A program made the translations under genes and the position numbers. Below are positions 45,379 through 61,924 of a stretch of DNA of 64,000 nt, in pieces. The first letter of the stretch is position 1, and each line of letters opens with the position of its first letter. This stretch comes from Eledone cirrhosa (Eukaryota). Below the pieces are notes generated by a model. It was not told where the DNA came from. It saw only the letters and a program-made list of their open reading frames with translations, and searched no databases. The stretch is taken from the NCBI GenBank assembly GCA_964016885.1, contig OZ024741.1, forward strand, positions 138,136,001-138,200,000. Direction: 5' to 3'.

Positions 45379-46665
45379 CTTGAAAGAATGATAGAATGAA
45401 ATCTAGCTATATAACTATACCGCTACTCTTAGTACATTTGTACCTGTTTATAATGACATGTTATGCACGTCGTTTTTACACTAAATATCCGGTGAAAAAA
45501 GTTGTATTTATTGCCTAGTACATAAAAAAATACAAGACCTACCAAACTCTAAAAACCCAAACGGGGAAAATCATGAAAAAAAGTGTCACAAAACGGGGAG
45601 AAATGAGGCAAAATGGGGAGAGTTTACATAATCAAGGTTATACCCATTTTCATAAAGTGGATGGGTAGGGAGCAGTGATACGTCTGAAATATATAGGAAT
45701 GTATTCTCGTATAACGTACCATCTCGTAAATAACGTAGCATTTCTCATTTAATTAACTAGTTGTTTGTTCCTCTTGAAACCTTGTTTATATATAGATTCA
45801 CTATTCCAAGGAACAACTGAGCACATATCACTTCACACTTGCTATATTGTGCCTTTGGACAAGCAATTGAATTTTGATGGTGTGAATCTATCTTTTTACG
45901 GTCTTTGTTTCAATGTGATTTCTTTCTCATTTACTCACCAATATGATGCTCCTGTCTATAAGATCCCTCGATAGAGAGGTGTGTCAGAGCCTACCTAACA
46001 TACGATTGATTATTTCAGTCGTCTCATATTTCTGTGAGTTTAATTAGAAATTGCAATCCAGATCTTATTCCTCTGTCTACCCCTGGATTGCGGCGTTAGA
46101 ATGCTCTTATACTCTTCTTGCTTTACATTTCATCTATTGTGCCATTTGCCTAGTCTAAGAAGTTAATCAATAATGCCATATGTATTTTTATCTAAGAGAA
46201 AATGTAATAATTGTGGGCTGCCTTTCATCGAGAGAATAAAGAACTTATTGAAGGTTTTATTATGTCGCTAAAGCTTAAGTAAATGTATTCCACATGTCAC
46301 CGCCATAAATGAAACTTAGCTTTCAGTCCGCCTCGTGGTCTCGGCGTACAGGTTGGAGGAGACATTGCCCCGAAGGATAGTGAGGAAGACGCGCTGAAAA
46401 ACCATATATTTTATAAGCGCTTTTATAAAGGAGGAATATTTATATGCTTTCAAATAGAAATCAAACTAGGACATATTGTTGGACCCTCCATCACTTGCGA
46501 CAATTCTGGTTACAGATAATGCAATCACCATAACAGCCTCTTCGTGAAATTAATGATAAAGTGATTGAGCATGCCATAGTCAAGTTTACACATAGTCCGT
46601 AATTTAGTTCTCAGGAGAATTCAACATGACTCCTTGCGTGTCAAGTTTCATTATTTAAATTGCCG

Positions 46666-46853
46666 GGGCGATGGATTGGCAGTATCGGTAGAGAGTCGGA
46701 CACCATGCTTTGCAGCATAGTTATAGCCCTTATGATCTGAGTTCAAATCCAGCCGAGGTTAACTTTGCCTTTCATCCTTACGGGTTCGATAAAATAAAGT
46801 ACCAGTAATGTAATGGGTAATTGCTGGACTTGGGCCAAAAGTAAAAACAATTA
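46666..46853 (+). mobile_element. tRNA-derived SINE, family A
   Basis: A/B boxes and core. Confidence 0.85.
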
Positions 46854-47789
46854 TTTAAATTGCAGATATGTTACAGTTTTCACTATTTCAGCAGGAACAA
46901 TTTAATGGAAAGTGTTTTGTAATATGAGTATAGTGGACACGGACAATGTAATAGAACCTGTTATGTAATGTGACCAGAGTGGACAGGAACAATATAATAG
47001 AGAGTGTTTTGTAATGTAAACAGAGTGGACAGGAACAATGTAATAGAGTGGTTTTTGCTCCAGTCTGAAATGCGTCGCCGGTCATCGAACGTATGGCGTA
47101 ACGATGAAGAGCCTCACAGGAGTAACCACTAAGCCAGATGTCAGCATTTCCGACTTTCTAGAACATAATAGCATGTGACTAATTTTACTAGTCCAGATAT
47201 AACTTATTAACTGTGTATTTGTAAAATTTCCCTTGGTGGGAATTAAATCTTTAGTACGAAAAATACAAAATTTCACTTCTCTTTAACATGTCTTGAATAT
47301 AATTTTAATTATCTAAAAGCTCGATGAAACATAGCATGCCTCTAAAATGTACAGGATCAATCATTTCCATTCTGTAGACATATATTTAAACTAGAATTTG
47401 GTTGTGAATAACCTTAATTCATGTCATTGTAGCGTATTATCAGATGCAGGTTTCATGAATTTTCTATGAATGAATTAATTCCATATTCTATTTGACAATC
47501 AGTTTTATAGTAGGTTATGAATATTTAAAAGTTTCCTTGTGAATCTACCGAAATAGAGAAATAGCCATAAACGTGTGGTGCGAAACATTTCATCCCTGTT
47601 ACATATCAGTAGTATATTGCATATAAACCACTTTTCACCGAGCAGAACATCATTTGTCGCTTTGGAAGTACTTTCCCAACGGCCTCAACTCTCTGGCCCC
47701 ACAATTTCTATAACCTCTCTTTATCCTTCTTCTTACACACACACACACAATTCCAGCCACCACTCCAATACACACTTACGCTCATGACA

Positions 47790-47870
<81 letters not shown>

Positions 47871-49040
47871 CACGTATATAGCTCAGCACACGTAACTCTC
47901 GAATGTCTACTCACATACATTTATATGTACCCTCTCGAACCTATTGGTCCCACCACTTACAAGATATAACTATCCGTGAACCAAATAGGTATACACAAAC
48001 AAGCTGTTGCATTATATAGGTATACATCTGCATCCGTCCTCATTAGGCACCACTCCATCCACCACCACTCTCCGTACATATTTAAATGCACGCAAGCGTA
48101 TGTGCGCACTTATACGCGTACGCATACGAACCCTCTCAGGCATCATACATCACCAACGTACTACACCTCATGCTCACGTTTGAGGAGCTGTGGCTACATC
48201 GAAGTTGAATAGTCCCTAACGTTTATAAACTCCCCCCCCACACACACACATCCTGGGTCTAACCACCTATACGGACATCGTGACTGCACACCTTCTTGTG
48301 CAGACATTTGTGGTTGTACTTTTATATCGTCGTGCTCTAGGCCAAGCAGTTTCTCTGCGAAATGCGATTTACCATACGGTTATGGTAAATCACACTTACC
48401 CAAGATGCCAGGAAGTAGAATCGAACCACGGACATAATGATCGCAAAGTGAAATCATTTTCCCCTCAACCGTACTGTGTCCACACAAAGATATATGCAGT
48501 AGCTTGTGATCTCTGTGTGTATATATCTCTGTGTGGACCTATGCCTGTTCCAACTACTTGGATTCCAGTTGTTCTTCAAACAGAACAGCCTCATTAGAAA
48601 AATATCGAGCACATATCTATTTATTCCAATAATATGCATACATCTAACATATGTGATAAATATATGTTCCTTTGATGTAGAGGTACAACGTAATTGTGTC
48701 GGTTAATTGGGATGGTTCAAAGTGATATAATGTCATTTGCTTGTTTTACGGTAAGATAAATTGTTCCACCAGGAATCGACCTGACAGCATGAATACCAAG
48801 AACCGAACAACATAACAACTATGCCATGCAACGTAACTACTAAACTAAGCTTTGCTGAAGTGGATAATATATTGATAAATATTTAATATTGTCTGAGAAT
48901 TTATGATGTGAAATAAAAAAGGATTGTACATAAACATTGAGTATTTTATGAAATAATACTTGCAAAACACACTGAGGAAACATAACATTTTGTGAATTAA
49001 TCGGAATCTCTGCCAACTTATCAAAACAATCCAGATTTTC

Positions 49041-49197
<157 letters not shown>

Positions 49198-52100
49198 CTG
49201 TACTTGTGCGTGCGCGAATGAGTTTGTTGATATATATCTGTAAGTATGTATATAAATAGAGACAAGGATATTCTTATGAAATGCATCAATTGTATTTTTA
49301 CAGTACACAAGAAAACGTGTCCAACTTATATTAGTCGGAATTGTTTCAATTGTTGGCGAATTTAAATTTATCAGAAACCAAATATTTAGGAACGTTGCAG
49401 TGAATAATTTGTCCAGTTAGTTTAACCTTTGTATAAGTATTATCTAAATAATTCGAACGTAACGTACATTGTTCGATGCCAGTTAGCAACCAAACTTTTA
49501 TATACTTCAACATGTTTTCTTGTGTGCTAGCCCATTCCCGATGGTTTTCACACAATAGAGCATGATTGCCCTGCAATCTTACAGCGAATATCATTATTCA
49601 TAATATAAATATCTATAAGAATTCTATTATATTTGTCCCTGTATCAACGAAGCAATGAACGAGACAAGGCAAACTCATCTATTTATTATTGGTGGGGTAG
49701 AAAGAGATATATTCACGTATAAATCTACTGATAACAAAGATTTCTGTTGTTCAGTTGTGAAAATAAAATAGCAATTACGGGGTTGAGAAAGATAGACTTT
49801 TCTCTCAGCTATATAACCTTTTCATACAGTGAATAGCATTCAGTCATTGTTTGTTTGTTGAATTGATATCAAGAAGCGTAGGAACAATTGCTTACGAAGT
49901 ATATTTCGTCAGTGCATTCATTCATTTTATATCAAAATAGAACTCTCAAATATCCGATGATGATGGAGATGAAAAAGAAAACAAAGAAGAAAAGTTCTTG
50001 CTGATGGTGATGATGCTAATAATGGAAGGGGTATGGAGGTGCAGGTAGAGCAAGGAGGCGTGGACTTGGTAGAAATACGAATAAACATTATTAATAACTT
50101 GAAGAAATATTTAGTATAAAATCTGTCAATATATTTGTGTCACCAGTTTTAAATAGAACCAAATTAATAACGATCAGGATTTATTGCTCCAACCAGCTCA
50201 CACAAGTACGACAATAAACTGCCGGTCGATGTAGATACAAGAAAAGGAATATCTGAACAGTGGTGTTTCTTGTTATCAGGGGGGAGTTGATTTGCTATTC
50301 TTGGTTCTAATTAAATATAACAGAGAATTAATTTTAGCAAATGTCAGTAGAAAATAGTGGTAGGAGGAGAACTATCTATAGATATATATCATTCTTATGA
50401 CTCAAATTTAGTAAACAAACTAAAGAAGTTGACAACCTTCCAATTTTGATTGATTAAAATATTGATAATATATTTTCTAACGGTAACTCAGGTCCCAGTG
50501 AATTTTGTTTTTTGAGATTGTCATGAATGTTTTTTAAGTAACTATGTTTTTGCTCTCACTTCATGTGTAATATCTGCTTTTCTAACAACAAATAAATGTC
50601 TGGAGGAAGAGTATTAATTAAAATGCCAAAATAACTGTATAATATTTCTATATTGTTACTTTATATATTTGTTGAACCGTTACAGATCCCAGCTTGTTTT
50701 ATTAGAATTATGCTTTTTTTTCTTCTCTTTTTATATATCATCCCTAGTGCCTTTCCCTATAAAATATTGTATCTAAATGCCTATCACATTTAATACATGA
50801 AGGAGACATATTAAATAAATTACCCATATATATATATATACTATATATATTTTCTAACACGATAGCTAATTTCTTTAGGCTGCTTCTGATCTTTCTGAAT
50901 CATTATGTTTTTTTTTTGTTTTTGTATATTTCATCGGTAATATGATAACTCACAGCGTCCTTCCATATATAATATTATATCAACTAGACTAACAAAAGGT
51001 TGCTAATTTATGCAGAATATCCGCAAAATTGATGGAAAGCAAACGCCCATTATATCACCACAAGAACCTGACAGCGGAAGAATGATTTCATCACAACGGA
51101 AATTAATCTCAGTAAAAAGCCTTAAACTTCAAAGTATTTTATCCGAAGCCAACCACTACCTTAATCTACAGACGTAGGCATATTACCTAAATTACGCAGA
51201 GTTGTATAAAGTTACTATGCAGGCTGTATCAACTCGCTGTGCTGTTCAACCAGGGATCAAGTAAATAGGAGCAATTCTATATTCAACGGCATTGCAACAT
51301 TGGTGACACTTGCTGTTTTACCATACCTTGTGTATCTAGGACCATATTGCTTAATTTGTACTTATCTTAACAGATGAAGATGTAATCTGAAGGAAATTTC
51401 GCCGTTATTTTGTTGAGTTTTCTAGGAACTAAAGAGTTTCAAGAATTGGTATTTATGCTAATATTATACAATACAAATGAAGGAGTCTACCTCTTATAAA
51501 TGTCTTGTATCTTTGTGTCTGGCTAAGAAAATATGTTTCCGTCAGTTAGATCATAAAAGAAGCTTAAAAGTATTGAAGGTATGTGCTGAAAATCTATTGC
51601 TGATTCAGATTGATATGCATTCATATCATTGTATCTGAATGGAATTCATTATTGAACCGAATGAACTCATAGGTTTAAGTAAATAGGGTAGGTTGGGACG
51701 GAAAGGCCAAAGCACTGGAAAAGACGTGTGTTTTAAAATGAATTGCAATGCTCAACGATTTGAATTGAAATTATATCAATATCACCATCTCCGTTCATTG
51801 TTTGGCGTGGATAACATACACGGTTAACTTAATAAGGAATGCTTCTCCCCTAGAATATTGTGAACTTTTGCTTGTGAAAGAAACCAATATTATAAAATTG
51901 TGATCAATTAGATATAAAGATACATGGTGTACATATAATATTGAACGTTGGCAATTTCCTATGAATGAACTGTTTGCAGTAGATTTAATCTATGCATTTA
52001 CAAGTTGCTTTTTAACACATCGTTTGATTATTTAGCCTGTTTTCGTTTTTCTATTTATTGTAATCGTGTGCCCGACTTTATTAGATGCATGATTTTAGAA

Positions 52101-52972
52101 AATCCATTAAAATCTCGATAAAATATGCACGCATTCTAAAATATAAATTTAATTCTTTTATCGTATAATCTTTATGGAATTTTATTAATAACTTCTAAAC
52201 GAAATGGATTAACTCGATGACTGTTCCAAATTTGTAATCACTTAATTGAAAGAGCTTCACTGAATTACACTTTTTAAAAAACAAGGTGTGAGCAAAGGAC
52301 AGCAAAATGGCAATAAATTTCAGCTAAAAACACAATGGAAAGAAGAAAAAAAACTAAAACAAAGAAAGTAAGAAACAGAAAATATATTTTGCGAAAATTA
52401 CACTACTAAAAGCAGTTTTCTGAGATGGAATATCTGTTGGATCAAAACAATTGACTTGAGGTTCGAAGTGGGATTAAAAATAAACCGATGGGTTAATATA
52501 TCAACGCATATATTTTATATTAAATATCATATTCTTCTAACATAGTGTTCATATGACATTTGTTCATTGGCTATTAATCAAGTATAAGACCATGATTTGT
52601 GTATATGATGTCACTTGAGAACTTTGCTGAAAAATTACTGTTGAAAAATCACCTGAACATTTACAAAATAATGATTTTAATAATTCTAATTTATTGTCTT
52701 CTCTGCGTGTGCTATAAATTTACAATGAGAAATTAAACATATTCCCAGGAGTAGCAATAAGATACGTTAATCATGTCAATCCACAATAGGAAAAACATAA
52801 TACACAGCCAGATTCTTGAAGTAAATGTTTCACATACATAAACAGGTAGACAGATGCACACAGACACATAAACAGCGCATTGTTTCGTTTTCCAGTTCAC
52901 CTAACTGTCTTTCTCTCTCTTTCTCTTTCCCTACTGTTGTACAAATAATTATGTATGCATATATGTACCCTC

Positions 52973-53036
<64 letters not shown>

Positions 53037-54333
53037 TTATTTATTTATTAAAACAACAGATTAAAGTTTAAGCAAAGAATCGCTGCTTTCACCCTTAACG
53101 GGATCTTCTGAAACTAGAAAAGTCAATCTGTGAACGCAGAAGTAAATATTTCAAAAAAGGTTGCAACCTAATACATACTGAGTACGTCAATACTCATCTT
53201 TTTCCATTCTCCGAGGGTACTTAACTCCACTATCAGACTAAATAATTTCTTTAATTTCTTTAGTCAAAATAAGGCGATAGCTTACATTTACAATAATTTC
53301 AAACTCGCTCGCTGATTCCAAAATATTAGTACATATACATGAAATATATATATATACATGAAAGAGGGAAGGGGTAGTAAGATATGCAGAATTATAATTC
53401 TCTTTGTATAAGTAAATTAACCATTGTCACTGTTCTAAAATCCTGCAGCGTAAACGTTCTTCCCAAGTATAATAAAAAAGTCACTATTTCAAAATTGTGA
53501 CACAATATCGTCGGGGACTAAGCATACGCAATTAATGTAAAATTATATTTGTTAAAGTATAGTAGTTCGAAATTTTGCAACATGGCCAAAACATTACGAA
53601 GTTTTCTACACGATCTTGGACTTTATGATAAGATCCTGCTCGGAACACCCTCCCCGCAAAATAAAAAGAAAAACGTTGTTTCATATCAGTTTCAAGACGA
53701 TGTCCCCCTACTCAATCAGGTGTTAATGGTCTATTTATGCATGCATGTATTTAATAAGTATTGTTAGAATTGATGAACACGTGTATCAGGATATCGGAAC
53801 TAAAATATTTTCGTTGGAAAGGACGATATTGCAGGACCAGTTTTAACACTTCACACGAGACATACTTTTCAAAGGAAAAAAAAAAAAAACCCTATCAACT
53901 GTGAGATTAGACGAATATAATTACATTGCATACATAATTACTAGAGTTACACAGTGACTTATTTTCAACACCAACAGATATACAATCATTTGTTCACAAA
54001 GTTATTTAGATAGCACTTTTAGCGTGTTCATGTTTCATTTTTTAGGTGTACAAGTGAGAAATATTCAGTTACACACTAACAAATGCCGTTTCCCCTCAAC
54101 ACACACAGAGTGACTAAGAAACCGGCCAAGCACACGTTTTGTATCACTGCATATTCATTGTTTAAACGATCAGACTTAAATTTCAGGGCACGGCAGATAC
54201 AACGTCTGAAAAGACAACAGGACCCTCGCTGGAGCTCCATTCACAGATTTTCTGTGAAACACATTTATAAGTGTGGCGCGTACTAGCAAGTCTAGCAGTA
54301 ATTTCACGCATTCATTAATTTGGAACGGACAAG

Positions 54334-54548
54334 GGCGCTGGATTCGCAGTACCGGTTAGAGGGTCTATGCTTTGCAGCATAGAGATACGGCCCTTCATGA
54401 TCTGAGTTCAAATCCCGCCGAGGTTAACTTTGCATTTCATCTTTAAGGGGTCGATAAATTAGAGTACTAGTCACGCACTCTGGTCGATTAAATCTACTTC
54501 CCTATCCCCAAAATTGCTGGCCTTGTGCCTATATAAGAAACCATTATT
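54334..54548 (+). mobile_element. tRNA-derived SINE, family A (long variant)
   Basis: B box and core. Confidence 0.85.
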
Positions 54549-54836
54549 CAGAGCCAATGTACAAAACTGGGTGAAGAAGTGTAAATAATATATGTGTAAC
54601 TATTACAGTTTCCCTTGATGAAGTGTGTCATATATATATATAACAGTAAGATGTGTTTCTGTGAGTTTGAGTGCAATTTAAAGAGAAATAATAGTTAAAA
54701 TATCATTCTGTTTAACTATATTAAAATACGATAACATGTATTGTTGGCATTTTCAGTATATTTCAATACGATATTAAAAATAGACGTTATACTGTTAATC
54801 TATGTTAATATATTATAATGTGGTCTATTGTTGAGA

Positions 54837-54920
<84 letters not shown>

Positions 54921-55104
54921 TATATTGTATTATATTATATCGTAGCAATGCTTGCGATGAAATGAAACTTGAAATATATTCGAATGAAGGAGGTGGTTAA
55001 TTATTGCCTTTTAATAATTATATTCCACATGCTTTCATGCAGTTTATTGTAAAATAATTCACTGCGCTCTCTCTATCTCACTCTCCCACTTTATCTCTCT
55101 CTCT

Positions 55105-55154
<50 letters not shown>

Positions 55155-55432
55155 ACATACAGCAATAGGGCCAGAGAAAGGGAGAGACAGACAGGCGAAC
55201 TGAAAAACGAAACAACGCACTGGTGTGTATAACTCTATTTCTATCAGTGGATTTAGTCTTCACGTTTATTCTTATTACTCTATATATATAAGTATATATA
55301 CGTATATATATATCTATATATATACATAAATAATATTAAAATACAAATATTAATAAAATAGATGTTCTTTTGATCAATTAAATGTTATTATACATATTTA
55401 AGAGGTACAGCAGTACGTCCTGATCAGACAAA

Positions 55433-57992
55433 ATATAATGATACATGACATACCCTGAGATTTTAAATGGTTAAGATTTAATCAAGGTAGTGATAAACTC
55501 AACATTTATACCCTAATAATGAGAAAATGCGAAAACGTAATAAATTCATTAGAGAATGTATGAGTAAGAAAAACGTAGCTTAATGTAACAGTTATAGAGA
55601 TTTTAAAATGTGGGATACCCCAAATTATAGTTATAGAGGAAAACATCTCTGGGATTATAATTTTATCACAGTCTATGAAGGCAACTGATAGATGCTTAAA
55701 GAGAGGGAGAGATAAAGGGGAGTAATTTATGCAGAAAAAAATTGTTTCCCCTTAAGGACTAAACGGTTAAGTTTCAAAATATTTAATTTATGTTATTTAA
55801 GGGTGAAGAATCAACATTTTGAGTTTTTAAAAGTTGATGGTTATTTATATTTGTTAATTTTATAAATTTAATAATTTTGTTATTTTTTTTATTTTTTTAA
55901 AGTGTTACATTTCTAAAATTCTGAATTTAATGAAATCAAAGTTATAGGATTTACTTGGCCCGCGAAAAGAAAATTTACACTGTTGAATATTCCCCTAAAA
56001 TGTAATCTTTAACGAAAATTACCTGTAAGAGTGTCAACGTTTTCGGTATGTAAAGCTTATGAAGTACTTATTGTTAGAAATATCGAAAAATGTATTGTCA
56101 AGTAGATACAGCGTTTAAAGAGTAATGATTAACGCATAGTTTTCAGACATATATATATACATATATATGTAATTAAGAAAAGAAGTGAATTATTCTCTAA
56201 TTGCCTTCATAAAGCTTTGTTTACATTTCAAGCCTCCCATAAGACTAGGAAAAAACACTAGGACACTGAACTTGGTCTTTAGACCTACATAATCAACAGT
56301 TGAAAATCTTAATGAGCTTTATCTTATAACTATCTACAGAAGAAATAACTGTTTCTATTTTAGGCACAAGGCCAGCAATTACCCAGTGCACTTTATTTTG
56401 TCGACCTCGTAAGGATGAAAGGCAAAGTCAACCACGGCGGGATTTGAACTCAGATCGTAAAGGGACGTAACTATGCTGGAAAGTATGGCGTCCGACGCTC
56501 TACCGATACTGCCAATAAATAACGTTTGATTGAATGACATTTATTTGATAACATGCTGACACGTTGATATACATAACATAATATTATTAACTTTGATCCA
56601 TACGGTTAATTCTCTACCTTTATTTTTCTATCTATGTTTTAAATATAGTTAAAATATATAAACTGTAAATTCTTATTTCAAACTGTGAATGATTCATGCG
56701 TTTACACCTCTTTATTTATATATATGTATGTATTCAACTTTTGCATGTTTTTAAATATACCTACCTACCTTTATTTTTCCATCTATGTTTTCAATATAGT
56801 TCAAATATCCAACCTGTAAATCTTTACGGACCGGATTTTGAACTGTGAATCATTCTTGCGTTTACACACTTTTTTATATATATGTATGTATTTAACTTTC
56901 GCACGTTTGAATCTATTATAGTTATCATTTACCAAAAGTATGCTGTCTCATTAATACTTAGTATATCTCCCTATACCTAATTTGTTGGCAATTATGTGTA
57001 TATTCTATAACATAATCATATTATTAGTCACGTATATCTCAGCTTTTGTTTTTTTGCATCTATATCTATAGTGTACAATAACTTAATCATAAATACGGTT
57101 TCGGTTTAAAGCTATATATAGTTTGTGCAAATATAGATTTATTGTACAGTAACACATTTATTATTTAGACTTCTTTCCTCCCATGAATGTAGAACTAATA
57201 TGGTGATTAAATATAATATAATAAATATTGATTTATTACGATAATTGCGCACATATATATGTATATATATATATGGTTGCAAACTATGCGTTAATCATTA
57301 CTCTTTAAACACTGTATCTACTTGACAATTAATTTTTCCATATTTCTAACAATAAGTACTTCATAAGCTTTACATACCGAAAATGTTGACACTCTTACAG
57401 GTAATTTTCGTTAAAGATTACATTTTAGGGGAATATTCAACAGTGTACATTTTCCTTTCGCGGGCCAAGTAAATCCTTTAACTTTGATTTCATTAAATTC
57501 AGAATTTTAGAAATGTAATACTTAAAAAAAAAAAAAAAATTTATTAAGTTTATAAAATTAATAAATATAAATAACCATCAACTTTTAAAAACTCAAAATT
57601 TTGATTCTTCACCCTTAAATAACGCAAATTAAATATTTTGAAACTTAACCGTTTAGTCCTTAAGGGCAAAAAAAATGTTCTGCATAAATTACTCCCCTTT
57701 ATCTCTCCCTCTCTTTAAACATCTATCATTTGCCTTCATAGACTGTGATAACATTATTATTCCAGAGATGTTTTCCTCGATAACCATAATTTGTAGTATC
57801 CCACATTTTAAAATCTCTATAACTGTTACATTAAGCAACGTTTTTCTTACTCATACATTCTCTATTGAACTTATTACGTTTTCGCATTTTCTCATTATTA
57901 GGGTATACATGTTGAGTTTTCTCATAGGTTAATCACTACCTTGATTCAATCTTAACCATTTATCATCTCAGGGTATGTCATGTATCATTATA
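55433..57992. repeat. Long inverted repeat: ~710-bp arms (55433-56142 / 57281-57992), ~1.1-kb spacer
   Basis: Arms align as reverse complements with scattered mismatches; spacer holds a SINE and a ~150-bp tandem duplication (56612-56910). Confidence 0.9.
56348..56516 (-). mobile_element. tRNA-derived SINE, family A
   Basis: Reverse A/B boxes and core. Confidence 0.85.
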
Positions 57993-58022
57993 TATTTATT
58001 TAGTCTTCAAATATATTATTAT

Positions 58023-58077
<55 letters not shown>

Positions 58078-58082
58078 TACAC

Positions 58083-58117
<35 letters not shown>

Positions 58118-58210
58118 TACACAGATATATATATACATATGAGTGTGTGAGTGTGTTTGCCTAGATGCATACTTAAATATTTGTATTAATATACAGCAGT
58201 AGGGCCAGAG

Positions 58211-58252
<42 letters not shown>

Positions 58253-58880
58253 ACAGTTAGTTGAACTGAATAACGAAACAATGCGCTGGTATGTATAACT
58301 ATATTTCCATCATATGCATGTGAAATCTTTGCTTTGAGTCTTCGTCTTATTACCGGAGCTAGAATCTAACTGTGTATTATGTTTTTCATATTGTAGATTG
58401 ATTTAATTAACGTATCGTATTGCTACTCCTGGGAATATATTTAATTTCTCATATTAGATTTATAGCACACGAAGAGAAGACCATAAATTAGTATTATATA
58501 TATACATGTATATATATGTGTGTGTGCGTGTGAGTCCCGGGTTAAATTGGGAGTAACCACAGTAAGGTACGCAATACATTAGTAGAGTATATACAACAAA
58601 TTTTATATAGAAACGGCTTCTACAGTACTAGAGCTGTTTCATATATCGTTGATGTGGCATAATTATGGCCACTGTTTTTGATCGCTTATTCTCATTTGCG
58701 CTGGACGATAATGTATTAACTTTTCGATTCATTAAGTGCCTTGTGATTGCTTCAAACAATTATATTAGTACCTCCTATATTGCGGCTAAAACTTCGATTC
58801 AATCATCAATATTATATATATATGTATATATATATATATGTGTATGTGTGTGTGTGTGTATATATATATATATTTATATA

Positions 58881-59086
<206 letters not shown>

Positions 59087-59576
59087 GAGAGAGAGAAAAA
59101 GAGACGATAAAAAATCAGGGGATCATGGGACTAGTCAATGCATGGGTAGATTCAGAGTAGGTATAGAGATAGGTATAATTCTCACCGCGACGCCAAGCGG
59201 TTTCTGCTTTCATTCAGCAGGTTTTTGCAAGGTGTGTCACTACCTGTCATGGCAGTGCTGCGGTCAAATGTATCGTTATGGTAACCTGGGCTTAGGGAAA
59301 AAATGAATGAGGAAAGAGAAAATGTATCGACCCTCCATTTCAACTCTACTTTTGAAAAGCAGAATAACTACGAAACCGGTAAAGGAACCAAATATATATA
59401 TATATTTTTTTTAAAATAAGACTCCAGTTGCATTTTTGATTTCATCTTTTTTTTCTTTATACTTTCACTCGTGTAGTACACCTCGGTTATTTTTCATTTT
59501 GTAAACAAACCTCACTTTCTAATATATATATATATTAATTCCAAATATTAACAAAATAGATATTCTTGTGAACAAT

Positions 59577-59647
59577 TATATTTTATTATACATATTTCAG
59601 AGGTATTGAATTAAGTTCAACTGTACGTCCTCATCAGATAAAATATA
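59577..59647 (-). ncRNA. Type I HHR, AUA site (degenerate sister at ~55385-55437)
   Basis: TATATTTTAT-CTGATGA-GGACGTA...TACCTCT-GAAA-TATGTA-TA-ATAAAATATA; 10-bp stem I. Confidence 0.6.
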
Positions 59648-59949
59648 GATCTGAAAAAGTTAAAAATATCCAAAAAAAACCCATATGGTATGCATATCCA
59701 TCAAGTAAACAAGTTATCAAACAAGTGTCATTCATTCAAACATTAATTCCATTATAAATGATTAGAAGATAAAGCATTATTAAAGTTTTATAAATCGTTA
59801 TGACTTATATGTTCAACAGTTGATAATAGACGTCGAAAATCAGGCTTGATTGGTTACTGTTTTTTCCTGACTTTTTGCGAGGCTTGGAATGTAGACAAAG
59901 CTTTATGAAGGCAGTTTGAGAATAATTCACTTATTTATAATCAACAAAT

Positions 59950-60130
59950 AGGTACAAGGCCAGCAATTTGGGGGGAGGTGAAAGTCGATTAAGTCAATCC
60001 CAGTACGTCACTGGTGCTTTCCTTTATTGACCCTATAAGGATGAAAGGCCAAGCTAACATCGACGGGATTAGAATTCAGTACATAAATGGCCGAAACTTT
60101 ATGCTGCGAAGCATGTTGTCCGATGCTGAG
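59950..60130 (-). mobile_element. tRNA-derived SINE, family A
   Basis: Reverse core GGATGAAAGGC. Confidence 0.7.
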
Positions 60131-61629
60131 AGCTCGATATCGGTAGAATTATCATACCTACTTAGCTCCCACACTCTGAATATAATCTCCATTCACCATA
60201 GATTAAATAAGTATGTGAATATACCGTTTGAAATAGCTTGTGTTTTCGATATGAGATTATCAAACTTCTGAATGCATCTGTACTTATTGGCTAATCATAT
60301 AAACCTCATTTTCTAGATCTGTCATCTTGTTTATAGCTATTCTCTGATACAGCACAGCTTGGATGGTAATTAATGGTACTAATTACTGGCATCAATTCTC
60401 TGAAAACAAATCCAAAATTTCCTATTCAAATAAAAGTCTTGTATAATGTTACATTAGTTAATAGTTTTGAGCAACTTCCATTATGTGATTCCAATATTGC
60501 AATTTTTAACATTAATACTAAATTCCAAATATGGTGGAATGCGATTAAGAATTAAAAACAAATTGGATATATATTGGAAAAACAAAATTTTCGTTCAGGC
60601 TCATTTAATGAGTATAACATGATCTAGAATTTTAATGCGCGAATGTATGGTTAATAAAATCAAGAAAAGTTTATTGCATTGTGCAAGTGATCCATGAAGA
60701 GCCTTTTCTCAAATGTATGTGTAGATGTCAAGATGTGTACGTTTTGGGGGCTCTCTGAAGGTCGATTTTCTATAGTCACAACATACAATTTAAGGGATAA
60801 CATCTACGTCATTTTTATATCACCCTGATGATATTAATGCATGACGATGTGTAAGTATTTCTGTTGATATTAATGTCTGTCACCTGCAATTCAAATGAAA
60901 TGTGTAACCTTTTGTCGAAATAGATATATAAATAAGTAAATATACTGAACAACAGAACGCTTGGTATTCAAGTATGTTTACACATGAAATCTTTCCCGGC
61001 GATAATTCAGTTTTATCTGCTGTACGGTGATACGTGTTTCGCAGGCTACCTACCAATTCTGTCTTAGTCAAATCATTAGCCAAATGAAGCTCATTTTCTG
61101 CAGAATCGGTAGCAACATTGTGGAAACAGAGAAAGTTACCTATAAGTGTGCCATGTACTAGTAATTTATTTTATTGACGTCGAAAGGACACAATTCATAT
61201 CGGCGGGATTTTAACTTAGACACAAATAACCAGAACACATACAGACATTCTAATTACTATGCCATTCCGCCATGTTGAGTTCATCATACCACAAATGACC
61301 GTGTGTTTCTGATAATGTGTAACTGCATCTCCTGATAATCTATATTTTTCTTCTTGATGTGAAAAGCAGCAAACAGAAATTAAATTATAATATATTAAAG
61401 AGAAAACATATCACAATAGTATGATATTACAACACTTATATAACGTTAGAACATAGTGTTAAATTTGGGGTTCTAGTGCTACATTAGAAGATATGTAGAG
61501 AAGTAAAACTGTATTTTGGGAAGAGGGAAATAATTAGAATCAGACGAGAAAGAAACAATATAGGAAACAGGAATGTTCGTGCTTTTACTAATCAGCCATT
61601 TGTGTGTTTTATTTAGCTTCTATCATAAT

Positions 61630-61722
61630 AATTGTTTCTACTTTTGACACAAGGCCAGCAATTACCCAGTGTATTACTGGTACTTTATTTTATCGACCCC
61701 ATAAGGATGAAAGGCAAAGTTA
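61630..61722 (-). mobile_element. SINE family A, 3' half
   Basis: Reverse core and tail. Confidence 0.75.
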
Positions 61723-61924
61723 ATAATACATGTGCATAATAATACGTGTGCATAATAATACATGTGCATTTGTGTCGTACATAGTTACACGATTTTAAAA
61801 AGATCATGAATTTTTTCAAAACAATAATTGAGAGAGAATTTATTCATATATGAACATATAAACAATATTGGTAAATTGTTATTGATAAACGCATTATCTT
61901 ACACAATCCTATAATATTCAGCTC

